Of a stretch of DNA of 57,049 nt, positions 18,380 through 26,686 are shown one piece after another (position 1 is the first letter of the stretch; each line of letters begins with the position of its first letter). The notes beneath the pieces were generated by a model, which searched no databases, was not told the DNA's origin, and worked only from the letters and a program-made list of their open reading frames with translations. The stretch is from Pseudomonadota bacterium (lineage in GTDB: Bacteria; Pseudomonadota; Gammaproteobacteria; BMS3Bbin11), in contig JAYEGM010000194.1 in assembly GCA_034659075.1 (NCBI GenBank), forward strand, positions 10,577 through 67,625, given 5' to 3'. The position numbers and the translations under genes are program-made.

Positions 18380-19258
18380 TCAGGCAGTTGCTTTAAGTGT
18401 ACTTTTTGCCTGTCGGGCGACTAGTCTTTCCATCATGCGTAAATCCTTGCGCTCGAGCTTAAGTGCTGCATCAACCCATATATCTACGATATCGATCAGT
18501 TCATCATAGGCTACCTGTTCAACGCGCCGTGCAGCGGCACGCAGAGCGGTTATGCCATTGCGGGAACGATTTTCCTTGCGGATATAGTCATAGACAGCGC
18601 GCTGTCCCTCACCTTTTTCAACCAGTACGTCAATCAGGCCCATCTCGTAAAATTCCTCTGCCTGATAGAGTTTACCGCTGAGGATAATTTCTTTTGCCAT
18701 GCGGGCATTCAGTTTCCTCGATAAAAAGCTATAAGCACCCATGCCGGGAAACAGATTAAAGAGGATCTCAGGAAACCCCATCTTGATCCCCTTTTCTGCA
18801 ATAATTACACTGCTGGATAAAGCTGCCTCCAGGCCTCCACCCAGTGCATCGCCCTGCAACAAGGTGATAGACGTCAGGTCGCGCTCAAGTTCAATATGAT
18901 GGGGGTACATGGTGTCTATACATGCTTTGCCATATTCAAACAATGCACCGCGGTCGCGCTTTTCGATCAGTTCTTTGAATAATTTCAGGTCCCCACCGAG
19001 ATTAAACACCTCTGATGAATTAGAACCAAGTATCAGGTATTTAATTGCAGGGCCGCCTGGATGGTCAATGGCAGAGCGTAAATCACGGTGGAACTGTTTC
19101 AGGTCATTCAGTAATTGCCAGGTAACACAGGGACGGGGTTTCGGATCCAGGTGATACCACATCGATTGTGATTTCTCGTCGTAGTAGGTTTTTAGCTGCG
19201 CATATTCTTCAGCAGGCATCTCAGGGGATTGTAGTACTAGTGCATTCATGGCATTCAT
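18380..19258 (-). CDS. rpfF: DSF synthase, crotonase-superfamily (RpfF-like)
   Basis: 292 aa counted from ATG 19258 (MNAMNAL...). Blocks match my recollection of Xanthomonas RpfF: VFNLGGDLKLF, QGDALGGGLEAALS, MGFPEILFNLFPGMGAYSF, IWVDAALKLERKDLRMMERLVARQ. Both catalytic Glu contexts are present, 20 residues apart. Confidence 0.88.
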   Translation of the reverse strand: MNAMNALVLQSPEMPAEEYAQLKTYYDEKSQSMWYHLDPKPRPCVTWQLLNDLKQFHRDLRSAIDHPGGPAIKYLILGSNSSEVFNLGGDLKLFKELIEKRDRGALFEYGKACIDTMYPHHIELERDLTSITLLQGDALGGGLEAALSSSVIIAEKGIKMGFPEILFNLFPGMGAYSFLSRKLNARMAKEIILSGKLYQAEEFYEMGLIDVLVEKGEGQRAVYDYIRKENRSRNGITALRAAARRVEQVAYDELIDIVDIWVDAALKLERKDLRMMERLVARQAKSTLKATA

Positions 19259-19686
19259 GGCGTACTCCTTGTGTAAGTAAAGCCTGGGTAGTTTTTTAAT
19301 CTTACTGTTGCCTGTTGGACAAGCAGTTAATACTAGTGTCAATGAGAAGGTATCGTTAATGCAAGTATGATTTGACAAATTGCAGCCTCTATCTGATAAA
19401 GGGGAGGCTGTCAAAGGGTATATTGAAAGCGAAGAAAATATTGAAGACTGTTAGATGCTAGCCTGTATTGGGTAAATGCTTTGGTGATGATGGTTTCCGC
19501 TTCAAAGGAGCGCGAATGCAATTCGGCAGCCGGGGCGGAGCCAAAGAGCCCACAGAGCAATGGCAGCGAGATAGAGAAAACAGCTTTTATGCTTTCTTTT
19601 GATTTATACTCTATTGCGACTGTATAGGATTGTCCAGGCACAGCGTGTAAAATCTATAGTCTTTAAAACTAACGGATACTTTACTG

Positions 19687-20790
19687 ATGAGTACTTTTGC
19701 CGGAGCTGAAGATTTTAAACACGATAAGCAGGCCCGGATAGGCGTTATGCTGGTCAATCTGGGCACTCCGGATGACACATCGGTTAGTGCTGTGCGTCGC
19801 TACCTTGATCAGTTTCTGTCTGATCCCCGAGTAGTAGAATTCCCCCGTTTTCTATGGTGGCTGGTGATGCATCTGTTTATTCTGCGTTTCCGGCCACGCA
19901 AGGTTGCACAGGCATATAAAACTGTCTGGCGGCCGGATGGATCTCCGTTACTTGTTTATTCACAGGCACAGTCAGATGCCTTACAGGCTGCGCTTGACGG
20001 ACATTTTCCTGAACGCTACACGGTTTCTCTGGCAATGCGTTATGGTAAACCGGCGATCCATGAGGTGATGGAAAAATTTCGGCGGCAGCATTGCCGCTAT
20101 CTGCTGGTCATTCCAATGTTTCCACAGTATTCGGCAACGACCACGGCTTCAGTTTTCGATGAAGTAGCAGGTATATTGAAATCATGGCGCATGCTGCCGC
20201 AGCTGCGTATGCCCATGCATTACCATGACAGGTCTTCATATATAGAAGCGCTGGCAATGAGCGTAGAGGCAAGCTGGCAGAAAAATGGCAGAGGGCAGCA
20301 GCTGTTAATGTCATTTCACGGCCTGCCGCAACGTTATCATCGTGCCGGTGATCCATATTATTGTGAATGCATGAAAACAGCGCGTTTACTGGCAGACCGT
20401 CTGGGGCTGGAAGGCCCTGACTGGCAAGTTGTATTTCAATCACGCTTTGGTCGTGAGCCCTGGCTGCAGCCTTACCTGGATAAAACACTCAGTAAACTGC
20501 CCGCATCTGGCGTTAAGTCTGTCGATGTGATCTGCCCGGGTTTCGCAGCAGATTGCCTGGAGACGCTGGAAGAAGTGGCAGAGCAGAACAGAGACTTCTT
20601 TTTTAAAGCAGGTGGAGAGCGCTTTCAGTATATACCTGCACTTAATGATCAGGCAGGGCATATCAATATGCTGGTTGAAATGGTGGAAAATGAAACACGG
20701 CAATGGATGGTAGAATTGGAAAGGTATAATGATCCGGATCAGACAGAGAAAAGACTGCAACAGGCTATCAGCCAGGGTGCAGAAAACTAA
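19687..20790 (+). CDS. hemH: ferrochelatase
   Basis: 367 aa with ferrochelatase motifs (GVMLVNLGTPD, MRYGKPAI, LVIPMFPQYS, SFHGLP). Confidence 0.93.
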   Translation: MSTFAGAEDFKHDKQARIGVMLVNLGTPDDTSVSAVRRYLDQFLSDPRVVEFPRFLWWLVMHLFILRFRPRKVAQAYKTVWRPDGSPLLVYSQAQSDALQAALDGHFPERYTVSLAMRYGKPAIHEVMEKFRRQHCRYLLVIPMFPQYSATTTASVFDEVAGILKSWRMLPQLRMPMHYHDRSSYIEALAMSVEASWQKNGRGQQLLMSFHGLPQRYHRAGDPYYCECMKTARLLADRLGLEGPDWQVVFQSRFGREPWLQPYLDKTLSKLPASGVKSVDVICPGFAADCLETLEEVAEQNRDFFFKAGGERFQYIPALNDQAGHINMLVEMVENETRQWMVELERYNDPDQTEKRLQQAISQGAEN

Positions 20791-21749
20791 TGAGGGAAGA
20801 TATGATCAAAGCGAACCTGGTGGCAGTAGTTTTATTTTTATTATCGTTTAATGTCTTTGCCGGTACGCCAGTGCCGGATTATAAAGCCGAGAAAGTGGCT
20901 GAACATACCTATGTCATTTTCGGACCAACAGAGAGGCCCAATCCTGAAAACCTGGGGTTTATGAACAATCCGGCAATAGTAATCGGCAGCGACAGCATCA
21001 TAATCATCGACCCGGGTTCCAGCCTCGAATCCGGGCGCATGGTGTTACGGCAACTTAAAAAACTGAGCTCCAAACCCGTTTCACATGTCTTTGTTAGCCA
21101 TGTACACGGTGACCACTGGCTCGGAAATCAGGCCATACGTGAGCAGTACCCGCAAGCAAAATTCTATGCCCATCCTGAGATGATCAAAAAGGCAAAGGAG
21201 TCAGAAGCTGAAGCCTGGATTAATCTGATGAGTAAATTGACCGAAGGGGCAACGGAGGGTACACGTGCAATCATCCCTGAAAACATACTATCCGAAGGGC
21301 AGGTATTTTCAATCGCCGGGCTTACTTTTAAGATTCACATCATGCCTGCAGTACATAGTTATACCGATGCGATGATTGAAGTGGTAGAGGATTCCGTAAT
21401 GTTTACCGGTGATAATGTGACCTATAAGCGCATTGGCAGATTTGATGATGGCACCTTTAAAGGCACGATTACGATGGCTGACAAAATAATTTCACAGGAT
21501 TATAAGCACTATGTCCCGGGCCATGGCCCGGCGGGTGACAAAGCCATCGTTGAAGATTTCAGGCGTTACGTGGTAACACTGTATGAAACTGTCGCAGCTT
21601 TGTATGAAGAAGGGCTTTCAGACTTTGAAATGAAGGAGCAGGTGGTAGCAACGCTTGCTGCTTACAAAGACTGGTCAGGTTTTGAGGAAGAAATAGGGAA
21701 ACATATCAGCCTGGCAATTCTGGAGGCAGAGGAAGCGGCCTTTGAGTGA
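20790..21749 (+). CDS. secreted MBL-fold metallo-hydrolase
   Basis: 319 aa. N-terminal signal peptide. HVHGDHWLG (HxHxDH) motif. The start overlaps the hemH stop by 1 nt. Confidence 0.85.
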   Translation: MREDMIKANLVAVVLFLLSFNVFAGTPVPDYKAEKVAEHTYVIFGPTERPNPENLGFMNNPAIVIGSDSIIIIDPGSSLESGRMVLRQLKKLSSKPVSHVFVSHVHGDHWLGNQAIREQYPQAKFYAHPEMIKKAKESEAEAWINLMSKLTEGATEGTRAIIPENILSEGQVFSIAGLTFKIHIMPAVHSYTDAMIEVVEDSVMFTGDNVTYKRIGRFDDGTFKGTITMADKIISQDYKHYVPGHGPAGDKAIVEDFRRYVVTLYETVAALYEEGLSDFEMKEQVVATLAAYKDWSGFEEEIGKHISLAILEAEEAAFE

Positions 21750-22107
21750 GTTTTTGTGCTGGCGCATGGCAAATTGTTTCGACTTTAATTTGGTACGTTC
21801 TTTATTTTTTATTTCTTGAATTGATTTTTGTACCAAAAGAAAGAGCACACGCATGCTTGCCCTACGGGTTCCCTGCGATGCTCAGATAAGCTGGCGGGGT
21901 GTGAAACTCGCTGCTCAGACAACACACCCCGAAACCTCCAGCTCATCCTGCGCTTCTTGGCAAGCCTGAACGGGACGGAAAGGCAAAGACACGAGACTAA
22001 AGACTAAGGACAAAAGAAAAGTCAAAACCGTCCTTCCGGCAGTCCTCTAGCCGGGATCCGTCTGCTTAAAGACACCCTGGATACCAGCCTACGCCGGTAT
22101 GGTAATT
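21750..22107 (+). repeat. modular intergenic repeat, copy A (head at stop codon of MBL hydrolase gene)
   Basis: Head GTGCTGGCGCATGGC at 21756-21770, 7 nt after the stop. ATTTCTTGAATTGAT at 21811-21825. The ~145-nt core matches copy C at about 125/145 positions by my hand alignment. Heptamer-phased spacer, then a palindromic tail at about 22028-22103. Confidence 0.85.
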
Positions 22108-22621
22108 TAAAAAGAAGGTTTTGATTCTTCTTTTGTCTTTTGTCCCGTATCCTTAATCTTGTGTTTTTGACCTCTCACCCCCTTTTGGGTTGTCGAGCAC
22201 TGGAAGGCTGGGCCGGATAAAGCGCGGTGCATGTCTGAGCGAAGCGAGTTCACCGTGCCCGGTTCAGACTGAAGCGCACAGAGCAGCCGCAGGCCAACCC
22301 TTCGGGGCGGTTTTTCTTTGGTTCTGTATGAGTAATTCAAAAGACTAAATCCGCAGGAAGCGGATTTGAACAGTCGAAGACTGGCCCGAAGGGTGAAGGC
22401 CATAGATGGCCTGAATAAATGAACTCGCGTATGAAGCGCGAAACCATCAGCTAAGGTCTAGCAAAAGAATAAAAAATCAGATACTCGCCCATAAAGGGCG
22501 AAAAGTTCATATCAATTCATGAAATAGAATAAAAAAAGATCCCGCGCATGAAGCGCGAAACCTTCGGTAGTGGACTTGCACAAGAATAAAAAAGAAGTGA
22601 ACCAGCCGTGCGCCAGCACTA
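22108..22621 (-). repeat. modular intergenic repeat, copy B (inverted; head overlaps stop codon of the MlaC-like gene)
   Basis: The reverse complement carries the same module order. Head GTGCTGGCGCACGGC (22605-22619), ATTTCATGAATTGAT (22511-22525), hairpin TCGCCCTTTATGGGCGA (22485-22501, identical to copy C), a diverged core, and a heptamer-phased spacer. Confidence 0.8.
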
Positions 22622-23227
22622 ATAAAGCGTTTCCAGCCCACCCTGTCGTGCACGTGCATTAAACATTTTGCGATAATAATTGACCGCACTGATGCCATTT
22701 GTGCTGACATCAAAGATCAGCCATCCGCGAGGCGTACGGTGGAAAGAAAACCGGACATCAATCGGGTAGCTATTGGCAGGAAACACGCGTGCAGTGACAT
22801 CAACTTCGTTTTCCTCGATTTTTCGGGGAGGCATAAAACGGACTTCCGGCATATTGCCGGCGTAACCGCCTACGATCTCTGCTAATGATGAGAAAAATGA
22901 TTTGGCGAGCTTTATGGTGAAGGCCTTGCGTTGTTGCGGATCCATTTGACCGTACCAGTATCCGCCAGACCAGCGTGCCAGTGCCTGGGTATCGAATTGC
23001 GGGGCGATGCGTGCGCGAATTAATCCAACAAGAGCCTCCTGATTGCCTGCCTGTTCACTGTTGAGGAAAGCCTGCAGGTCTTTTATGCCACGCCGGAGCA
23101 CCGCATCAGGTGCCGGGCGCAGCTGTGTCTTGCCGGCACTGGATGTGGCGTAGGACGTAGACTGCTGGGCAAGGCTTATGCCGGGAAGCAGGAGCAGAGT
23201 AAGCAGGACAGGGAGAAGTTTTTTCAT
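22619..23227 (-). CDS. MlaC/Ttg2D-like periplasmic lipid-binding protein
   Basis: 202 aa. Signal peptide. MlaC-like pattern, including a C-terminal WLIFDVSTNGISAVNYYRKMF block. Confidence 0.68.
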   Translation of the reverse strand: MKKLLPVLLTLLLLPGISLAQQSTSYATSSAGKTQLRPAPDAVLRRGIKDLQAFLNSEQAGNQEALVGLIRARIAPQFDTQALARWSGGYWYGQMDPQQRKAFTIKLAKSFFSSLAEIVGGYAGNMPEVRFMPPRKIEENEVDVTARVFPANSYPIDVRFSFHRTPRGWLIFDVSTNGISAVNYYRKMFNARARQGGLETLY

Positions 23228-23324
23228 TTGTATAGATCCTTTATAGTATCGACTGAAGACAGTCTGCTAGTCTAGCTCCAATACGAAATCAGTTCACTCA
23301 AAATATTTGAATTCAGTAAAAACA

Positions 23325-23762
23325 ATGACACATTTCTGGGAAACAAAGCCACTGGCTGAAATGAATGAGAAAGAATGGGAATCACTATGTGATGGCTGTG
23401 GCCAGTGTTGCCTGGTCAAACTGGAGGATGCCGAAAATGGCGAAATTTTCTATACTGATGTTGTCTGCTATTTACTGAATCAGGATGCCTGTACCTGTGG
23501 TGATTATCCTCAACGCTGCAGCCTGGTGCCCGAGTGTGTCAAATTGACCCCTGCAAATCTTGAAGAGCTGTCATGGATGCCTTATGACTGCGCCTATCGC
23601 CGATTGGCCGAAGGTCGCGGCCTGGCATGGTGGCATCACCTGGTTTCCGGCTCATTGGAGACAGTGCATGAATCGGGGGCTTCAGTACGGGGAAAGGTTG
23701 TTATTGAGACCGAGGTGGACAGCGATGAGCTTGAGGATCACATCGTCGACTGGGTTAGATAA
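23325..23762 (+). CDS. ycgN: UPF0260 family Cys-cluster protein (YcgN-like)
   Basis: FWETKPL...EWESLCDGCGQCCLVK...CTCGDY pattern of YcgN. I prefer ATG 23325 to the TTG at 23307. Confidence 0.83.
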   Translation: MTHFWETKPLAEMNEKEWESLCDGCGQCCLVKLEDAENGEIFYTDVVCYLLNQDACTCGDYPQRCSLVPECVKLTPANLEELSWMPYDCAYRRLAEGRGLAWWHHLVSGSLETVHESGASVRGKVVIETEVDSDELEDHIVDWVR

Positions 23763-23763
23763 A

Positions 23764-23819
23764 GTTTTAGGTTTTACGATTTAGGTGTTACGTAATACGT
23801 AAATCGTAAAACCTAAAAC
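23764..23819. repeat. heptamer-phased perfect palindrome between convergent genes
   Basis: GTTTTAGGTTTTACGATTTA (23764-23783) is the exact reverse complement of 23800-23819. The whole 56 nt reads as eight 7-mers: GTTTTAG GTTTTAC GATTTAG GTGTTAC GTAATAC GTAAATC GTAAAAC CTAAAAC. Confidence 0.85.
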
Positions 23820-23833
23820 GCCGTCCTGGTTCT

Positions 23834-25285
23834 TTAACGTTTCCAGAAGGCTGGTGTAAGAACGACCAGCAGAGAAAATAATTCCAGCCTGCCCAGTAGC
23901 ATGGCAAAGCTGAGTATCCACTTCCCTGAATCACTGACTGAGCGGTAGTTATCAGCAACTTCACCCAGGCCGGGGCCCAGGTTGTTGAGGCAGGCCGCGG
24001 TGGCGGAGAAAGCGGTGACGATATCTGAACCGCTCATCATCATCAGCAGGCCGAGGCTAACGAAACTGATCACATAAAGGGCGAAGAAGCCCCAGACCGC
24101 GTTGATCACGCTGTCTGGTACTGGTCTTTTATTGAGCTTTATCGGCAGCACTGCATTGGGATGCAGCAGGCGGTCAATTTCACGTCTGCCCTGGCGCAGC
24201 AATAGTTCAACCCTGATGACCTTCATGCCGCCCGCCGTAGAGCCGGCGCAGCCGCCGACAAAGCTGCCTATTATTAGCAGTACAGGAAGCAGACCGGGCC
24301 AGTAGCTGAAACTGCTGGTGGTGAAGCCGGTGGTGGTGGCAATGGAAATAACCTGAAACAGACCATAGCGGATAGTGCTGGAGATATCAGGAAAGATATC
24401 ATCGCGAATGAGCAGGCTAATTGTGATTACAGAGAGGGCAGACAGTATCAGTAGATAGGCCTTTACCTCGGAATCGGAGATATAGTGCCGCAGGCTGCGA
24501 CGGTGAATGGCGAGATAGTGCAGTGAAAAATTGACGCCGGCTACAAGCATAAACAGCATAACAATACTGTCGATTAATGCGCTATTGAAATAAGCGATGC
24601 TCGCATCATGGGTGGAGAAGCCCCCGATAGCCAGCGTGGAAAAGCTATGGCCAATGGCATCAAACAGATTCATGCCAGCGGCAAAATAGAGCACAGCGCA
24701 GAGTACCGTAAGGCCGAAATAAATCAGCCACAGGGCTTTTGCCGTTTCGGTAATGCGCGGCGTGAGTTTATTGTTTTTCATCGGCCCGGGTGTTTCGGCA
24801 CGAAAAAGCTGCATACCCCCGACACCGAGTACAGGTGCAATAGCTACTGCAAGGACAATGATACCCATGCCGCCCAGCCATTGCAGCTGCTGGCGATAAT
24901 AAAGAATTGAGCGCGGCAGTTGATCAAGACCGGTCAATACGGTTGCACCGGTAGTGGTCAGGCCGGACATGGATTCAAACACGGCATCAACGATAGACAT
25001 ATCAGGGTGTTCAGCAAGTATGAAGGGCAGGGCGCCTGAAAGTGCCAGCACCAGCCAGAACAGAACAACGATCAGGAAACCATCGCGTATCCGCAGGTCT
25101 GCTGATTTACTCCGGTTAGGAAACCACATTACCACACCGAGCACCAGCAGCACCCCCCATGACTGCATAAACACTTGCAATGTACCGTCGCTGTCATACC
25201 AGCCGATAAGCAGGGGGGGCAGCATGCTTACACTGAATATGATGATCAGGAAGCCAAGGACCTTGAAGATGAGGCGTGATTGCAT
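23834..25285 (-). CDS. trkH: Trk system potassium uptake protein TrkH
   Basis: 483 aa polytopic membrane protein with TrkH-type pore repeats (MSGLTTTGAT, IATTTGFT, GGCAGSTAGGMK). Adjacent to trkA. Confidence 0.93.
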   Translation of the reverse strand: MQSRLIFKVLGFLIIIFSVSMLPPLLIGWYDSDGTLQVFMQSWGVLLVLGVVMWFPNRSKSADLRIRDGFLIVVLFWLVLALSGALPFILAEHPDMSIVDAVFESMSGLTTTGATVLTGLDQLPRSILYYRQQLQWLGGMGIIVLAVAIAPVLGVGGMQLFRAETPGPMKNNKLTPRITETAKALWLIYFGLTVLCAVLYFAAGMNLFDAIGHSFSTLAIGGFSTHDASIAYFNSALIDSIVMLFMLVAGVNFSLHYLAIHRRSLRHYISDSEVKAYLLILSALSVITISLLIRDDIFPDISSTIRYGLFQVISIATTTGFTTSSFSYWPGLLPVLLIIGSFVGGCAGSTAGGMKVIRVELLLRQGRREIDRLLHPNAVLPIKLNKRPVPDSVINAVWGFFALYVISFVSLGLLMMMSGSDIVTAFSATAACLNNLGPGLGEVADNYRSVSDSGKWILSFAMLLGRLELFSLLVVLTPAFWKR

Positions 25286-25297
25286 CGTGGAGCGGTT

Positions 25298-26674
25298 TTA
25301 GATAAAAAATGCACTGACCTGAAACAGGCCGACGACTTCATTGATATGCTTTTTCTCCTGCACAAACAGGATGACATGATCTTTGTCGAGAATGACAGTA
25401 TCGTGATGCGGGATGATGACATCATCATTACGCAGGATAGCGCCGATAATAGTGCCTTTCGGTAAGGGGATTTCTTCTATACGGCGACCAACGACTTTAC
25501 TTGATTTGTCATCGAGTGCGATAGCTTCAATCGCCTCTGCTGTACCCAGGCGCAGAGAGTGCACGGCTTCCAGGGCACCAGTACGAAATTTTGGCAATAC
25601 GCTGCCGATGGTAGCCTGCTTCGGTGAATAGGCAATATCGATCATAGTACGTTCGATAAGATCTGCATAGGCTGTGCGGTTGACGATCGACATCACCCTG
25701 CGGGCACCAAGTTGTTTTGCCAGCATGGCAGACAGGATGTTGGCCTCATCATCATTTGTGATGGCACAGAATACATCCATTCTGTCAATATTCTCCATCT
25801 TTAGCAGTTCTTCGTCTGCTGAGTCACCGACCAGGACTATGGTCCGTTTGAGATGTTTTGAAACTTCTTCGGCACGCTCCGGGTCCTGTTCAATTAGCTT
25901 GACTGTATAGTTTTTCTGTTCCAGGGCTTCAGCCAGGCGAAAGCCGATGTTGCCCGCGCCGGCAAGCATGATGGCATGCACCGGTTTATCCAGCTTGCGC
26001 ATTTCACTCATCACGGCACGGATGTGTTCTGTTGCAGCAATGAAAAAGACTTCATCATTGACTTCAATCACAGTCTCACCGTCAGGCATGATGGCCTCAC
26101 CCTGCCGGTAGATGGCAACAACACGTGTTTCGATATTGGATAAGTGGTCTTTCAGTTCACGTAGATGATGACCAACCAGGGGACCGTCATCATAGGCCTT
26201 TATGGCGACCAGTTGAATGCGCCCACCAGCAAAATCCAGTACCTGTAGAGCACCCGGTCTTTCTATCAGTCGCAGCAACTCGGTGGTGACAATTTGTTCC
26301 GGGCTGATGATGTGGTCTATGCCAAGGCCTTCTTTAATAAAGTCAGTGTCTTCTGTGAAATACTGAGTTGAACGCAGGCGTGCAATTTTCTTCGGGGTAT
26401 TGAATAAAAAGTCAGCTGTACGACAGGCAACAATATTGGTTTCATCGCTATTGGTAACAGCAAGAATCAGCTCTGCATCGTCGCAGCCTGCTTCACGCAA
26501 AACATCCGGGTGCGAGGCATGACCATGTACCGTGCGGATATCAAAACGGTTTTGCAACAGGCTCAGTCGTGCCTCGTCGATATCAACCAGAGTAATATCA
26601 CCCCCGGCCTCGCGTGACAGAATTTCGGTAATTGATGTACCTACCTGCCCAGCACCTAGAATTATAATTTTCAT
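25298..26674 (-). CDS. trkA: Trk system potassium uptake protein TrkA
   Basis: 458 aa with two RCK/NAD-binding modules (MKIIILGAGQVG and IMLAGAGNIG). Confidence 0.93.
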   Translation of the reverse strand: MKIIILGAGQVGTSITEILSREAGGDITLVDIDEARLSLLQNRFDIRTVHGHASHPDVLREAGCDDAELILAVTNSDETNIVACRTADFLFNTPKKIARLRSTQYFTEDTDFIKEGLGIDHIISPEQIVTTELLRLIERPGALQVLDFAGGRIQLVAIKAYDDGPLVGHHLRELKDHLSNIETRVVAIYRQGEAIMPDGETVIEVNDEVFFIAATEHIRAVMSEMRKLDKPVHAIMLAGAGNIGFRLAEALEQKNYTVKLIEQDPERAEEVSKHLKRTIVLVGDSADEELLKMENIDRMDVFCAITNDDEANILSAMLAKQLGARRVMSIVNRTAYADLIERTMIDIAYSPKQATIGSVLPKFRTGALEAVHSLRLGTAEAIEAIALDDKSSKVVGRRIEEIPLPKGTIIGAILRNDDVIIPHHDTVILDKDHVILFVQEKKHINEVVGLFQVSAFFI

Positions 26675-26686
26675 TGCACTGTTATA

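Noticed and set aside
19259-19414. N-terminal 52-codon extension of the rpfF ORF in the track (start at 19414)
   Set aside because: The extension (MTASPLSDRGCNLSN...) has no counterpart in RpfF-type crotonases. From ATG 19258 the protein is 292 aa, which matches the family length.
19411-19641. 76-aa minus-strand ORF in the rpfF/hemH spacer with a hydrophobic stretch
   Set aside because: It has no recognisable start context or family motif. It partly overlaps the rejected rpfF extension. The hydrophobic stretch lacks a proper lipobox or signal-peptidase site.
20790-21749. Secreted MBL-fold hydrolase near the rpf locus as a quorum-quenching enzyme
   Set aside because: DSF signals are fatty acids, not lactones. 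Only the generic HxHxDH motif is visible. The gene is translationally linked to hemH rather than to rpf genes, so the sequence gives no specific support.
22107-22403. 98-aa minus-strand ORF inside the 870-bp gap, and the similar ORFs 56476-56781 and 56679-56936
   Set aside because: They lie entirely within copies of the repeat family and have low-complexity translations. Their frames are not preserved between copies. They are most likely artefacts of the repeat.
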